NCBI GenBank assembly: GCA_027310975.1
Contig: DAICZV010000001.1
Span: 1 to 42,041 of the forward strand
Direction of reading: 5' to 3'
Length of the DNA: 42,041 nucleotides
Source of the DNA: a bacterium
GTDB lineage: Bacteria; Patescibacteriota; Minisyncoccia; UBA6257; GWB1-50-10
In this document: positions 7,870 to 15,923 of the stretch, in pieces
Layout: every line of letters starts with the position of its first letter
Numbering within the stretch: position 1 is the first letter of the stretch
The notes under the pieces: generated by a model
The model's database searches: none
Seen by the model: the letters and a program-made list of their open reading frames with translations, nothing else
What the model was told of the DNA's origin: nothing
Position numbers and translations under genes: made by a program

Positions 7870-8238
7870 TTATTGCAGTTCCACGGTGCCGCCGACCTCT
7901 TCCAGCTTTTTCTTAAGCTCTTCGGCGTCTTCTTTCTTCAGGCCCTCCTTCACGACCTTCGGGGCGGCGTCGGCGATATCCTTCGCCTCCTTAAGGCCCA
8001 AACCGGTCGCTTCGCGGATGACCTTGATGACGCCGATCTTCTGATCGCCCGCGGCCTTCAAAAGGACGTTCCAGGCGGTCTTCTCTTCGGCGGCGGCGCC
8101 TCCCGCGGCCGGGCCGGCGACGGCCATGGCGGCGGCGGAAACGCCGAACTTCTCTTCCAGGGCCTTCACGAGTTCGGAGAGCTCCAAAACGGAGAGCTTC
8201 TCTACCTCGGCGATTATCTTCTCAAATTTTTCTGACAT
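7870..8238 (-). CDS. rplL: 50S ribosomal protein L7/L12
   Basis: [21 protein letters not shown] and GLGLKEAKD motifs; start reassigned to MSEKFEK. Confidence 0.97.
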   Translation of the reverse strand: MSEKFEKIIAEVEKLSVLELSELVKALEEKFGVSAAAMAVAGPAAGGAAAEEKTAWNVLLKAAGDQKIGVIKVIREATGLGLKEAKDIADAAPKVVKEGLKKEDAEELKKKLEEVGGTVELQ

Positions 8239-8249
8239 TGTTTTGAATC

Positions 8250-8325
8250 CACTAATACACACTAATTACCACTAATTTCACTAAACGTATTCGTGATATT
8301 CGTGATTGATTTGTGAAAGTTAGTG
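8250..8325. repeat. Inverted array of about 10-bp-period repeats (CACTAA x4 / TTHGTG x4)
   Basis: CACTAA at 8250, 8260, 8270 and 8279; TTCGTG, TTCGTG, TTTGTG and TTAGTG at 8290, 8299, 8310 and 8320. Confidence 0.7.
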
Positions 8326-8355
8326 TGTTACACGACCTTTTTAGCTTTTTCGTTC

Positions 8356-8438
8356 ACCCCGCACATAATGATTCAAAGTGGTGAATGCTAAAGTTCAAGA
8401 TTATGATTTATTTGAATTTGTTTCATTATGTGCGGAGT
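8356..8438. mobile_element. Inverted-repeat insert in the 3' end of rplJ
   Basis: ACCCCGCACATAATGA ... TCATTATGTGCGGAGT (15/16 IR); GTTCA direct repeat at both junctions; removal restores an in-frame NEKAKKVV-stop. Confidence 0.7.
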
Positions 8439-8913
8439 TCAAAACGAACAAAACTTTCTTGATGGGAACGGTGAGCATGAAGGCGAGCTGGCCGAGGAGC
8501 ACCTCGCGGGTCGGCAACTGGCCGTAGCGCTTAACGGTTTCAGCATCCATGTACTTCTTCTCCTTCACTTCAAACCCGCCCGAGATATTGAAAAGGTTCT
8601 TCGCGGCGAACGGCTTGCCGAATTTGTGAACCGCGCCGGCCGTTTCCACCATGTCCTTGGGTGAAAAGACGACGCCGGTCTGGCCCGCAAAATTCTTCGG
8701 TTCAAAATCCAGGCCCTGGTCCTTGAGGACGAGCTTCAAGAGGCGCTTTTTCACGACCACCATTTTGCCGCCGATCCCGCGGACCGCCCGCCGGAAAGCG
8801 TTCAAGTCGTTGGCCGAAAGTCCGGTGAAGTCCGTGATGACCACCGTCTCGCTCTTGCCGAGCTCCTGCTGGCCGAGCTCTATCTGCTCTTTTTTCTGCA
8901 ATTTAGTCTTCAT
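8401..8913 (-). CDS. rplJ: 50S ribosomal protein L10 (C-terminus altered by an insert)
   Basis: DFTGLS, VVKKRLLK and LPTREVLLGQL motifs; directly upstream of rplL. Confidence 0.93.
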   Translation of the reverse strand: MKTKLQKKEQIELGQQELGKSETVVITDFTGLSANDLNAFRRAVRGIGGKMVVVKKRLLKLVLKDQGLDFEPKNFAGQTGVVFSPKDMVETAGAVHKFGKPFAAKNLFNISGGFEVKEKKYMDAETVKRYGQLPTREVLLGQLAFMLTVPIKKVLFVLNSAHNETNSNKS

Positions 8914-8924
8914 ATTGGCTGATA

Positions 8925-9015
8925 ATAAAAAATCCGCGGTTTTTCCGCAGACAAAAGGCCATTTCTGGCTTTTCCTCGGCGGGGCTTATTGTTCGCCCGC
9001 TGTCTGTGGAATTAC
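8925..9015 (-). promoter_or_regulatory. L10 leader autoregulatory RNA
   Basis: AGACAGCGGG...AATAA...CCCGCCGAGG, resembling the rplJ leader consensus, directly upstream of rplJ. Confidence 0.75.
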
Positions 9016-9106
9016 AAGTACCTTATCATACCCTAGAAAAAGATGCAAGGACTTAAAATAAAATGGAGCCGAGTGGTTAGCCCGGCTCCGATTGGAAAAT
9101 ATGATG

Positions 9107-10210
9107 CTATTTTTGGGGAATTGGGATCTGTAGGAGCATCCCACCGCCCTGGCCCTCAACCATTGGTCGTTGGCCATTCCATCTCTGCACGGCTTCCTCC
9201 GTGATCTGAAGCCGCCGCCATTCCAGCAATTTATCGGTTATCGACTGCGTTAGAATTTGGTTCGCCTTAGCCTCGCCCTGAGCGATGGCCACTTTTTTCT
9301 GCGCCTCAGCTTGGGCCATCAAGACCTCGTTCTGCACCTGCATAGCCTTCTGTGTCGCCGTAATCTTCGCATTTAAGGCATCAACTACGCCTTGTGGCAA
9401 CCTCAATGCTCCGGTGAACCCAAACTGGATAATTTGCACGCCGAATTGTTGGACCTGGGAGTTGATTCGATCAACGACTTGTTTTAGTAGTTGGTCCTTT
9501 CCCTCGCCATATATCTGGTCAACGGTGTAGTTCGCCCCGATTTCGTTGAAAGCATCGCGAGCGACATTGTGCAAATATCCGTGAGTGAATAAATTCAGGT
9601 CATCTGACCGGAATTTAACGTAAAAGGCCGGGACCTTGTCTTGTTGCAGCTGGTAGCTCAATGAAATGTCTCCGCTGATAACCAGCCCCTCCTTTGAGTT
9701 AAAAGTAATTGACTCATCGTTCGGCGATCCCTCATTTGGGTTTTTAGTCCAAATGGCGGTTTGAACGAACGTCGGATACTCAAAAACTTTCTGAGTGAAC
9801 ATGTTGTAGAACACCCAGCCAGTTTGGAGCGGTAATTGGTCAACACCGCGGCTGTCTCCAGTCATGTTGACCTTGATGCCGACATATCCTGGACTGACTA
9901 TCGAGCACCCGGCACAACTTGAAAGGGACATAGCAAGGCCACCAAGCATAACAGCCGAAAGAGCCTTTGATACTACGGTCTTTGACAAAGAGGCCGATTT
10001 CTTAGCTTTTCTCTGTTTTCCGCGTTTGCGGAGCTTTGTCGTTACGAACAAGAACCACCCCAGCCCCAGGGCTAGCAGCAGAACTATGCCTGCGCTTACA
10101 GACAGATCGCTCGGCGCATTCATCATAGATAACGCTTGCGTTGCGACCCACGACGTCAACAGTGCGGCTATTATGTAGCCAACAACTTTGAAACCAATCG
10201 ATGGCTTCAT
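9107..10210 (-). CDS. SPFH/Band 7 (prohibitin-like) protein with N-terminal TM extension
   Basis: PGYVGIKVN, EYPTFVQT, and AQAEAQKKVAIAQGEAKAN coiled coil; AGGAGG SD; TTGACA-17-TAAACT promoter at 10295-10323. Confidence 0.85.
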   Translation of the reverse strand: MKPSIGFKVVGYIIAALLTSWVATQALSMMNAPSDLSVSAGIVLLLALGLGWFLFVTTKLRKRGKQRKAKKSASLSKTVVSKALSAVMLGGLAMSLSSCAGCSIVSPGYVGIKVNMTGDSRGVDQLPLQTGWVFYNMFTQKVFEYPTFVQTAIWTKNPNEGSPNDESITFNSKEGLVISGDISLSYQLQQDKVPAFYVKFRSDDLNLFTHGYLHNVARDAFNEIGANYTVDQIYGEGKDQLLKQVVDRINSQVQQFGVQIIQFGFTGALRLPQGVVDALNAKITATQKAMQVQNEVLMAQAEAQKKVAIAQGEAKANQILTQSITDKLLEWRRLQITEEAVQRWNGQRPMVEGQGGGMLLQIPIPQK

Positions 10211-10372
10211 CTAATCTACCTCCTATTTTCTTAGTTCTGGGATTTGTCCCAGTGGCATTTCCACTTTTGTGGATATATCAATTCAACTGCTTATAGTTTA
10301 AACGATTAGTATAGTTTTGTCAATACCAGCAGAATGCAAAAAACATGAATAACTAAAAACGATACTTAACCA

Positions 10373-12322
10373 CTAAATATCAATATTTTTGGCGTAGACC
10401 GCGTTCGCCTGGATGAAGTTCTTGCGCGGCTCCACGAGCTCGCCCATCAATACGTCAAAGAGCTTATCGGCCGCGACAGCATCGTCCACCGTGACCCGCA
10501 GGAAAAGACGCCTTTCAGGGTCCATGGTCGTTTCCCAAAGCTGGGACGGATTCATTTCTCCGAGACCCTTGTAGCGCTGGATGGTGACCCCCTCCCCCAT
10601 CTTTTTCAGCATCTTGTCGCGCTCCGCGTCGGAATAGGCGTAGGCCATTTCTTTGCCTTTGCGGAGCTGGAAGAGCGGCGGCTGGGCGATGTACATATAG
10701 CCGTCCTCCACTATCTTCGGGAAGTAGCGGTAAAAGAGCGTAAGGAGCAAGGTTCGGATGTGGGCGCCGTCCACGTCGGCATCGGTCATGATGACGATCT
10801 TGTGGTAGCGGAGCTTCGTGATGTCAAAGTTCTCGGAGATGGCCGTGCCGAGCGCGATGACGAGAGCGCGGATCTCTTTATTGAGGAGCATTTTGTCTAT
10901 GCGGGACTTCTCCACGTTCATTATCTTGCCGCGCAGGGGCAGGATGGCCTGGAAGCGGCGGTCGCGGCCCTGTTTGGCGCTGCCGCCGGCGCTGTCGCCC
11001 TCAACGATGTAAAGTTCGGACTCCTCGGCCTTGCGCGACGAGCAGTCGGCGAGTTTGCCGGGCAGGGTCAGGCCTTCCAAGGCGCCCTTCCGAAGGACGG
11101 TGTCCTTCGCGGCCTTGGCGGCCTGCCGGGCCTTGGCGGCCAGGAGGTTCTTTTCAATTATCCTTTTGCCTTCGCTACCGTGCTTTTCCAAGAACTCCTT
11201 GAGGGCTTCGGAAACGACCATCTCCACGGCCGGGCGCGCCTCGGGGTTGCCCAGGCGGGCCTTGGTCTGGCCTTCAAATTGCGGTTCGCGGATCTTCACC
11301 GAGACGATGGCCACGATCCCCTCGCGGATATCGTCGCCCGTCAGATTCTCGTCCTTTTCCTTCAGATAGCCCTCGCTCCGCGCATAGTCGTTCAAAGTGC
11401 GGGTAAGAGCGCTCCGGAGGCCCGTAAGATGCATGCCGCCGTCGGGAGTATAAATGTTATTCGCGAACGAAAGCTCCTTCGCCTCTTGGTCGTCCACATA
11501 AGTGATGACCGTTTCCACCTCTATGCCTTCATAGGCCTTATGGACGTAGAAGTTTTCGTTGAGGAGCGTCGTTTCGCCGTCCAAAAGATGGTGGATGAAC
11601 GAATTGAGCCCGCCGTCAAAGTAGAAGCCGTAATAGAACGGCTGCTCTTCACGTTCATCAAGAAACTCTATCCGGATGCCTTTGGTTAAATAGGCCTGCT
11701 GGCGCAAATGGTCCAATATCTTTTTGCGGTCAAATTCAATGGTCTGGAATATCTCCGCGTCCGGCTGGAAGATTATCTTCGTTCCGGTCGTGTCGGATTT
11801 GGCGATTTTTTTGACGTTGTACTGGGGCTTGCCGCGCTTGTATTCCTGAACGTAGAGTCCGCCATCTTTGTTAACCTCCGCCTTCATCCAGGTGGAGAGA
11901 GCGTTCACGACGGAAACGCCCACGCCGTGCAAGCCGCCTGAGACCTTGTACGATTCGCCGCCGAACTTGCCGCCTGCGTGGAGCGTGCAGAGCGCCGTTT
12001 CCAGAGCCGACTTCTTCGTCTGCGGATGGATATCAACCGGAATGCCGCGGCCGTCGTCCGTGACCGCCACCTTGTTGTCCTTGAGGAGTTCTACTTTGAT
12101 GTTCTTGGCGAAGCCGGCCATCGCCTCGTCAATGGAGTTGTCCACAATCTCCCAGACCAGGTGGTGCAGTCCGTCCACGCCTGTGGAGCCGATGTACATA
12201 CCCGGCCGCTTCCGGACCGGTTCCAAGCCCTCCAAAACGTATATGTCCTTGGCGCTGTAAGATGAGCTGCCCTGGGTAATGCTATTCTTCTCTTCTTTTT
12301 TGTCTTTTGGCATATGAGGCAC
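10373..12322 (-). CDS. gyrB: DNA gyrase subunit B
   Basis: VRKRPGMYIG, EIVDNSIDE, SGGLHGVG, EGDSAGG, PLRGK, DADVDG and RYKGLGEMN motifs. Confidence 0.97.
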   Translation of the reverse strand: MPHMPKDKKEEKNSITQGSSSYSAKDIYVLEGLEPVRKRPGMYIGSTGVDGLHHLVWEIVDNSIDEAMAGFAKNIKVELLKDNKVAVTDDGRGIPVDIHPQTKKSALETALCTLHAGGKFGGESYKVSGGLHGVGVSVVNALSTWMKAEVNKDGGLYVQEYKRGKPQYNVKKIAKSDTTGTKIIFQPDAEIFQTIEFDRKKILDHLRQQAYLTKGIRIEFLDEREEQPFYYGFYFDGGLNSFIHHLLDGETTLLNENFYVHKAYEGIEVETVITYVDDQEAKELSFANNIYTPDGGMHLTGLRSALTRTLNDYARSEGYLKEKDENLTGDDIREGIVAIVSVKIREPQFEGQTKARLGNPEARPAVEMVVSEALKEFLEKHGSEGKRIIEKNLLAAKARQAAKAAKDTVLRKGALEGLTLPGKLADCSSRKAEESELYIVEGDSAGGSAKQGRDRRFQAILPLRGKIMNVEKSRIDKMLLNKEIRALVIALGTAISENFDITKLRYHKIVIMTDADVDGAHIRTLLLTLFYRYFPKIVEDGYMYIAQPPLFQLRKGKEMAYAYSDAERDKMLKKMGEGVTIQRYKGLGEMNPSQLWETTMDPERRLFLRVTVDDAVAADKLFDVLMGELVEPRKNFIQANAVYAKNIDI

Positions 12323-12390
12323 AAAAAATAGCCGCTTGGCCCTTTTTTCTTATTGTCATTATACCAGATTCGGGTGGCCGGAACAAGCCG

Positions 12391-12654
12391 CTAAACCCCG
12401 AAAAGGCGGCCTAAAATCTGGTCTTTTGGCACTTTATACGAGGCCGAGCGGGATATGGTTCCCCGCAGGTCGTAGAGGCCGTTTTGAACCCCTGCCACCT
12501 TCTTGACGATGAACTTGTCCCCGCCTGCGGGGTCTTTAAAGACGGCGTAATCCCCCGCCTGAGGCGCGCAAAGGCCGGTCGCCCAATAAGTGCGACCGGG
12601 GATTAGCTCTGGCCATAAACTTTCCCCGGATATTTTCACACGGAAAATAATCAT
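12391..12654 (-). CDS. sodX: S26-like peptidase, probable NiSOD maturation protease
   Basis: SGESLWPEL (catalytic Ser) and IVKKV (catalytic Lys); immediately downstream of sodN. Confidence 0.75.
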   Translation of the reverse strand: MIIFRVKISGESLWPELIPGRTYWATGLCAPQAGDYAVFKDPAGGDKFIVKKVAGVQNGLYDLRGTISRSASYKVPKDQILGRLFGV

Positions 12655-12660
12655 GGACTA

Positions 12661-12782
12661 ATTTTCAATTCTCAATTTTGCAATTTTCAATCAATGTTCA
12701 ATTTTCAATTACCAAACACGTTGTTTGAAAAATTAATTCATTGAAAATTCAATGTAAATTGATAATTGTAAATTGAAAATTA
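12661..12782. repeat. AT-rich inverted array of about 7-bp repeats (TTTCAAT / ATTGAAA)
   Basis: Fills the sodN-sodX intergenic space as a long imperfect palindrome. Confidence 0.7.
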
Positions 12783-13253
12783 ATACAACTTATCCGTTAT
12801 CTCCTTGTACGCGTTATAGCGCGCCGGGTCGCCTTTCACTTCGTAAAAGACCTTGGCAATCTCGTCCACGGCGCCGCAGAGCGCGGCGGCGTCCTCTTTG
12901 CTGATATTCTGCTTGTCTTTGGAGCAGAGCTTCGCCGCCTTCCAGAACATCTCGTGCAGGTTCGGGTATTTCTCCAAATGCTCCGGCTTGAAGAAGTCGG
13001 ACCAGAGGATATAGAGCTCTTTCTTGCAGATTTGGGCGTGCTCCTCCTTGACCGCCACGCGGCGGGAAACGCTTTGGATATAAAGCGAGGCCGCGGCGGC
13101 ATCGTTCCAGTCCTTCGGCGGATGGGTGTCCTCTATCTGGTCCACCATTCTTGCGACTGTTTTCGCCGCGATCTTCGCCGGCACGGGCTCGTATATTCCG
13201 CAGGGCACGTCGCAGTGCGCCTCCGCGGCGATCAAAGGGATTAAGTGTTTCAT
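12780..13253 (-). CDS. sodN: Nickel superoxide dismutase precursor
   Basis: Nickel-hook motif HCDVPCGIY after a 12-aa prosequence; KEEHA, LWSDFFK and AAKLCSK segments; TATAAT 6 nt before the ATG. Confidence 0.92.
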   Translation of the reverse strand: MKHLIPLIAAEAHCDVPCGIYEPVPAKIAAKTVARMVDQIEDTHPPKDWNDAAAASLYIQSVSRRVAVKEEHAQICKKELYILWSDFFKPEHLEKYPNLHEMFWKAAKLCSKDKQNISKEDAAALCGAVDEIAKVFYEVKGDPARYNAYKEITDKLY

Positions 13254-13285
13254 ATCCCCATTATAAACCATCGGCCTAGGCGCGG

Positions 13286-15040
13286 TCACTTCAGGCGCTT
13301 CTCTATTTTAGTGAGGTCGCTTTCAATCGCTTTTTCCGAACGGTCCAGGTCGTCCTTCATTTGCTTCAAAAGAATGTCCTCTTCCCGCGTAAGCTCCCTC
13401 ACGGACCGGATTTTTTCCAGATAGCGGACGTGGTCCCGAATGTCGGTCTTGAGGGCTTTGAAGGCCCGCTCCACGTCGCGTTCCACTACCTGCGCCTCTT
13501 TAGCGATATCTTTCTTCAGAGCGCGCACTTTGCGCGTGCCGTACCAAATGGCCGCAACGGCGAGGATGAGTATGACGACGAGTGAAACGATGGCCGTGAT
13601 CAAACTGATGGTGTAAGTTCCGATGCCTAAGAATGTGCCCGGCGAAACCGCAACATCATACTTCTGAGTCGACGGGCTTTGGGCTCCCCGGCTGTCCTGG
13701 ACCGCGGCGTACATCTTATAAGCGCCCGGACTGATCGCTCCATCTCCGGTGACCGTGAAATTACCGCTCCCGTCGCTCACGCCGGTCCAGGTCTTGGGCA
13801 GCGTCCCCTGGCCTTCCAGATTTATGCTCACGGTCGCGTTCGGATAGGTGGTGCCCTTAACAACCAAAAAGTCTCCCTGGCGCAACGAGGTCGTGTAGCC
13901 GGTGATGGTCGGCGGATCTATCGGCGTCACCGTGAATGATGCAAGCGCGGTTTGATAATTGCTGGCCTGATCAAAGGCCTGGACCAAAATGTTGTGCGGG
14001 CCGCTCGTCTGAACCGGCAGTGAGTAGGGCCCGCTGGCCGCTTGGCCGGCTGAAACAGCGATGAGATTCTGGTCGTCCACCTTTATCTTATAGTCTGCGA
14101 TGCCGGAAGGAGTGTCGGTCGCGTTCAAAATCACGGCCGGTTGCGGATTCGTCGGATCGGGATTCGCCGCGAAGCGGATTTGGAAAGGGTCCGGCGGCGT
14201 CGTGTCTATCTGGAACCTGAAGTGGGCAGTGCTTCCCCAACCGCTCGCATCGTGGAACTGGGCGTGGAAGTACCAAATGCCGTCCCCAAGACCCGTCAGT
14301 TCCTTCTCGCCCATCGGCGGTTCGTAAAGCACGGTGGGTGTGGAATTTTGGTACTTGTTGTAAAGCAGGCGCACGGCGTCAATGTCTGAGGGCACTTCCC
14401 AATTAAGCTTAATGTCATTGGACGGATACCACTTGTTTTGGTCGGGTACGTTCGGCGACGAGATGACCGGCGCGGACGGCCCGCTCGTTCCGCTCGGCGT
14501 TGAAGCCGTCGCGTTGCTCGCGGCTCCGGCCGGGACGTTCACGGCATATTGGTTGGCAGGCAGGCCCTGGGCATCCAGGACGTTGGTGCCCTGGCCGTCG
14601 TTCGCCAGAATGGAACCGGAGGTGAAGGAAACCAGGGCAATGCCCGGAGAGATTGCCCGGAAATAAACGGTAATGACATTACCGTTGGAACCGGTGAACC
14701 CCGGATTCAGAATCACGCCCTGGAAATTTATCGTGCCTGCGCTATTGGAATAGCTCGGGTCTTGGACCCATAGGCTCACCACGGAGCTGCTTTTGGAGAC
14801 CGAAGAGACCGCCAGTTTATCGTTGGGGAAAGAGATAACGCCGGAAACGGCATTCACGGCCTGGCCCGCGTTCACGTAGACCGTTACCGGAATGGCATCT
14901 CCCACGCTGTACGAACCGGTCTGGCTGGAAAACGAAAAGGTCGCCCCCGCCGCCCGGGCCGCGGGCAAGCACAGAAAAAGCGCCGCGGCGGCGAGTGCCG
15001 GCCAAAAACGGGTTACCTTCCTTTCTTTCTGATGAGCCAT
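13286..15040 (-). CDS. Cell-surface protein: cohesin-like and Ig-like domains, C-terminal TM helix and coiled coil
   Basis: Signal peptide; VNAVSGVISFP...ILANDGQGT cohesin-like region; start reassigned to MAHQKER. Confidence 0.75.
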   Translation of the reverse strand: MAHQKERKVTRFWPALAAAALFLCLPAARAAGATFSFSSQTGSYSVGDAIPVTVYVNAGQAVNAVSGVISFPNDKLAVSSVSKSSSVVSLWVQDPSYSNSAGTINFQGVILNPGFTGSNGNVITVYFRAISPGIALVSFTSGSILANDGQGTNVLDAQGLPANQYAVNVPAGAASNATASTPSGTSGPSAPVISSPNVPDQNKWYPSNDIKLNWEVPSDIDAVRLLYNKYQNSTPTVLYEPPMGEKELTGLGDGIWYFHAQFHDASGWGSTAHFRFQIDTTPPDPFQIRFAANPDPTNPQPAVILNATDTPSGIADYKIKVDDQNLIAVSAGQAASGPYSLPVQTSGPHNILVQAFDQASNYQTALASFTVTPIDPPTITGYTTSLRQGDFLVVKGTTYPNATVSINLEGQGTLPKTWTGVSDGSGNFTVTGDGAISPGAYKMYAAVQDSRGAQSPSTQKYDVAVSPGTFLGIGTYTISLITAIVSLVVILILAVAAIWYGTRKVRALKKDIAKEAQVVERDVERAFKALKTDIRDHVRYLEKIRSVRELTREEDILLKQMKDDLDRSEKAIESDLTKIEKRLK

Positions 15041-15918
15041 AAGGCCAAACCTCCTATCGCTATAATGATAGCAGATAAGCAGATGATATTCGGCCAAAGA
15101 GCCGCCGTGTTCTCCGGCGCGAGAACAGCCACCCGGGCATTGCCGGCAAAATCCATCGCTCTCACGTAAACGTAGCTCATGAGCGATTGATCGTTTAGAA
15201 CGTAAGGGCTTGTCGCCGGGCGCCAATCCGTTTCCGGTATATTATCCATCTGCGTCTTTGATTCAAAAATATCGTAGGCGGCGACGCCGGTGCCCTTATC
15301 CTGTGTGCTCCAAACCGCGAACCATTTTCCGTTCTCAATGCTCGGATCGCGGCCGAGCGAGATGTTGAACGGTTCGGGAAGATTTTTATCCGCCGCGACG
15401 ATGTTCGCCGATGATGCGGCGGCCCGGTCCGGCTGTCCAATCGTGATGTTCAGGGCGTGCGTAGACAAAACGGCCGGAGTTCCCTGGCCGTCGCCTAGAA
15501 GGACGGCCGCGTGCGCGAAGCCGATTCGGACTGTGCCGGTTTGGAGCGGCTTGAAGACGGCGGAAAATATCCGGCCCGGCGTCAGGTCCGTCTCGTTCGC
15601 TCCCAAAATGCCGCCGAATCCTCCGGGAGCGATGCCGCTCCAAGCAATCGTGCCGCTCGCGGTTTGCCGCGGTCCAATCATCCACAAACTGATCACGGAA
15701 TCGGTTTCGTAGACGTTTTGAAGCTCCAATTCATCGGCTGGGAAGCTCAGGCTCCCGTCCGTGGCGTTGATGTTTTGACCCTGGGGGTCAAGCACGACGC
15801 TTACGGTAAACGGTATGCCTTGGGAAACGGTCAGGTTGGGCGTTACCAAGTTCAATGAGGCGGCGTGTGCGCTGAGAGCCAGAGAGAAAAGGACCGTTAT
15901 TAAAAGATATTGTTTCAT
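15013..15918 (-). CDS. Cohesin-like domain surface protein with C-terminal TM helix
   Basis: Signal peptide; INATDGSLSFP...VLLGDGQGT region, paralogous to the downstream gene. Confidence 0.75.
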   Translation of the reverse strand: MKQYLLITVLFSLALSAHAASLNLVTPNLTVSQGIPFTVSVVLDPQGQNINATDGSLSFPADELELQNVYETDSVISLWMIGPRQTASGTIAWSGIAPGGFGGILGANETDLTPGRIFSAVFKPLQTGTVRIGFAHAAVLLGDGQGTPAVLSTHALNITIGQPDRAAASSANIVAADKNLPEPFNISLGRDPSIENGKWFAVWSTQDKGTGVAAYDIFESKTQMDNIPETDWRPATSPYVLNDQSLMSYVYVRAMDFAGNARVAVLAPENTAALWPNIICLSAIIIAIGGLALWLIRKKGR

Positions 15919-15923
15919 TGGTT

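Noticed and set aside
7772..12782. CRISPR arrays at the short-repeat regions
   Set aside because: Units are 5-7 bp cores at 7-10 bp period in inverted arrangement; no 23-47 bp repeats with spacers and no cas genes.
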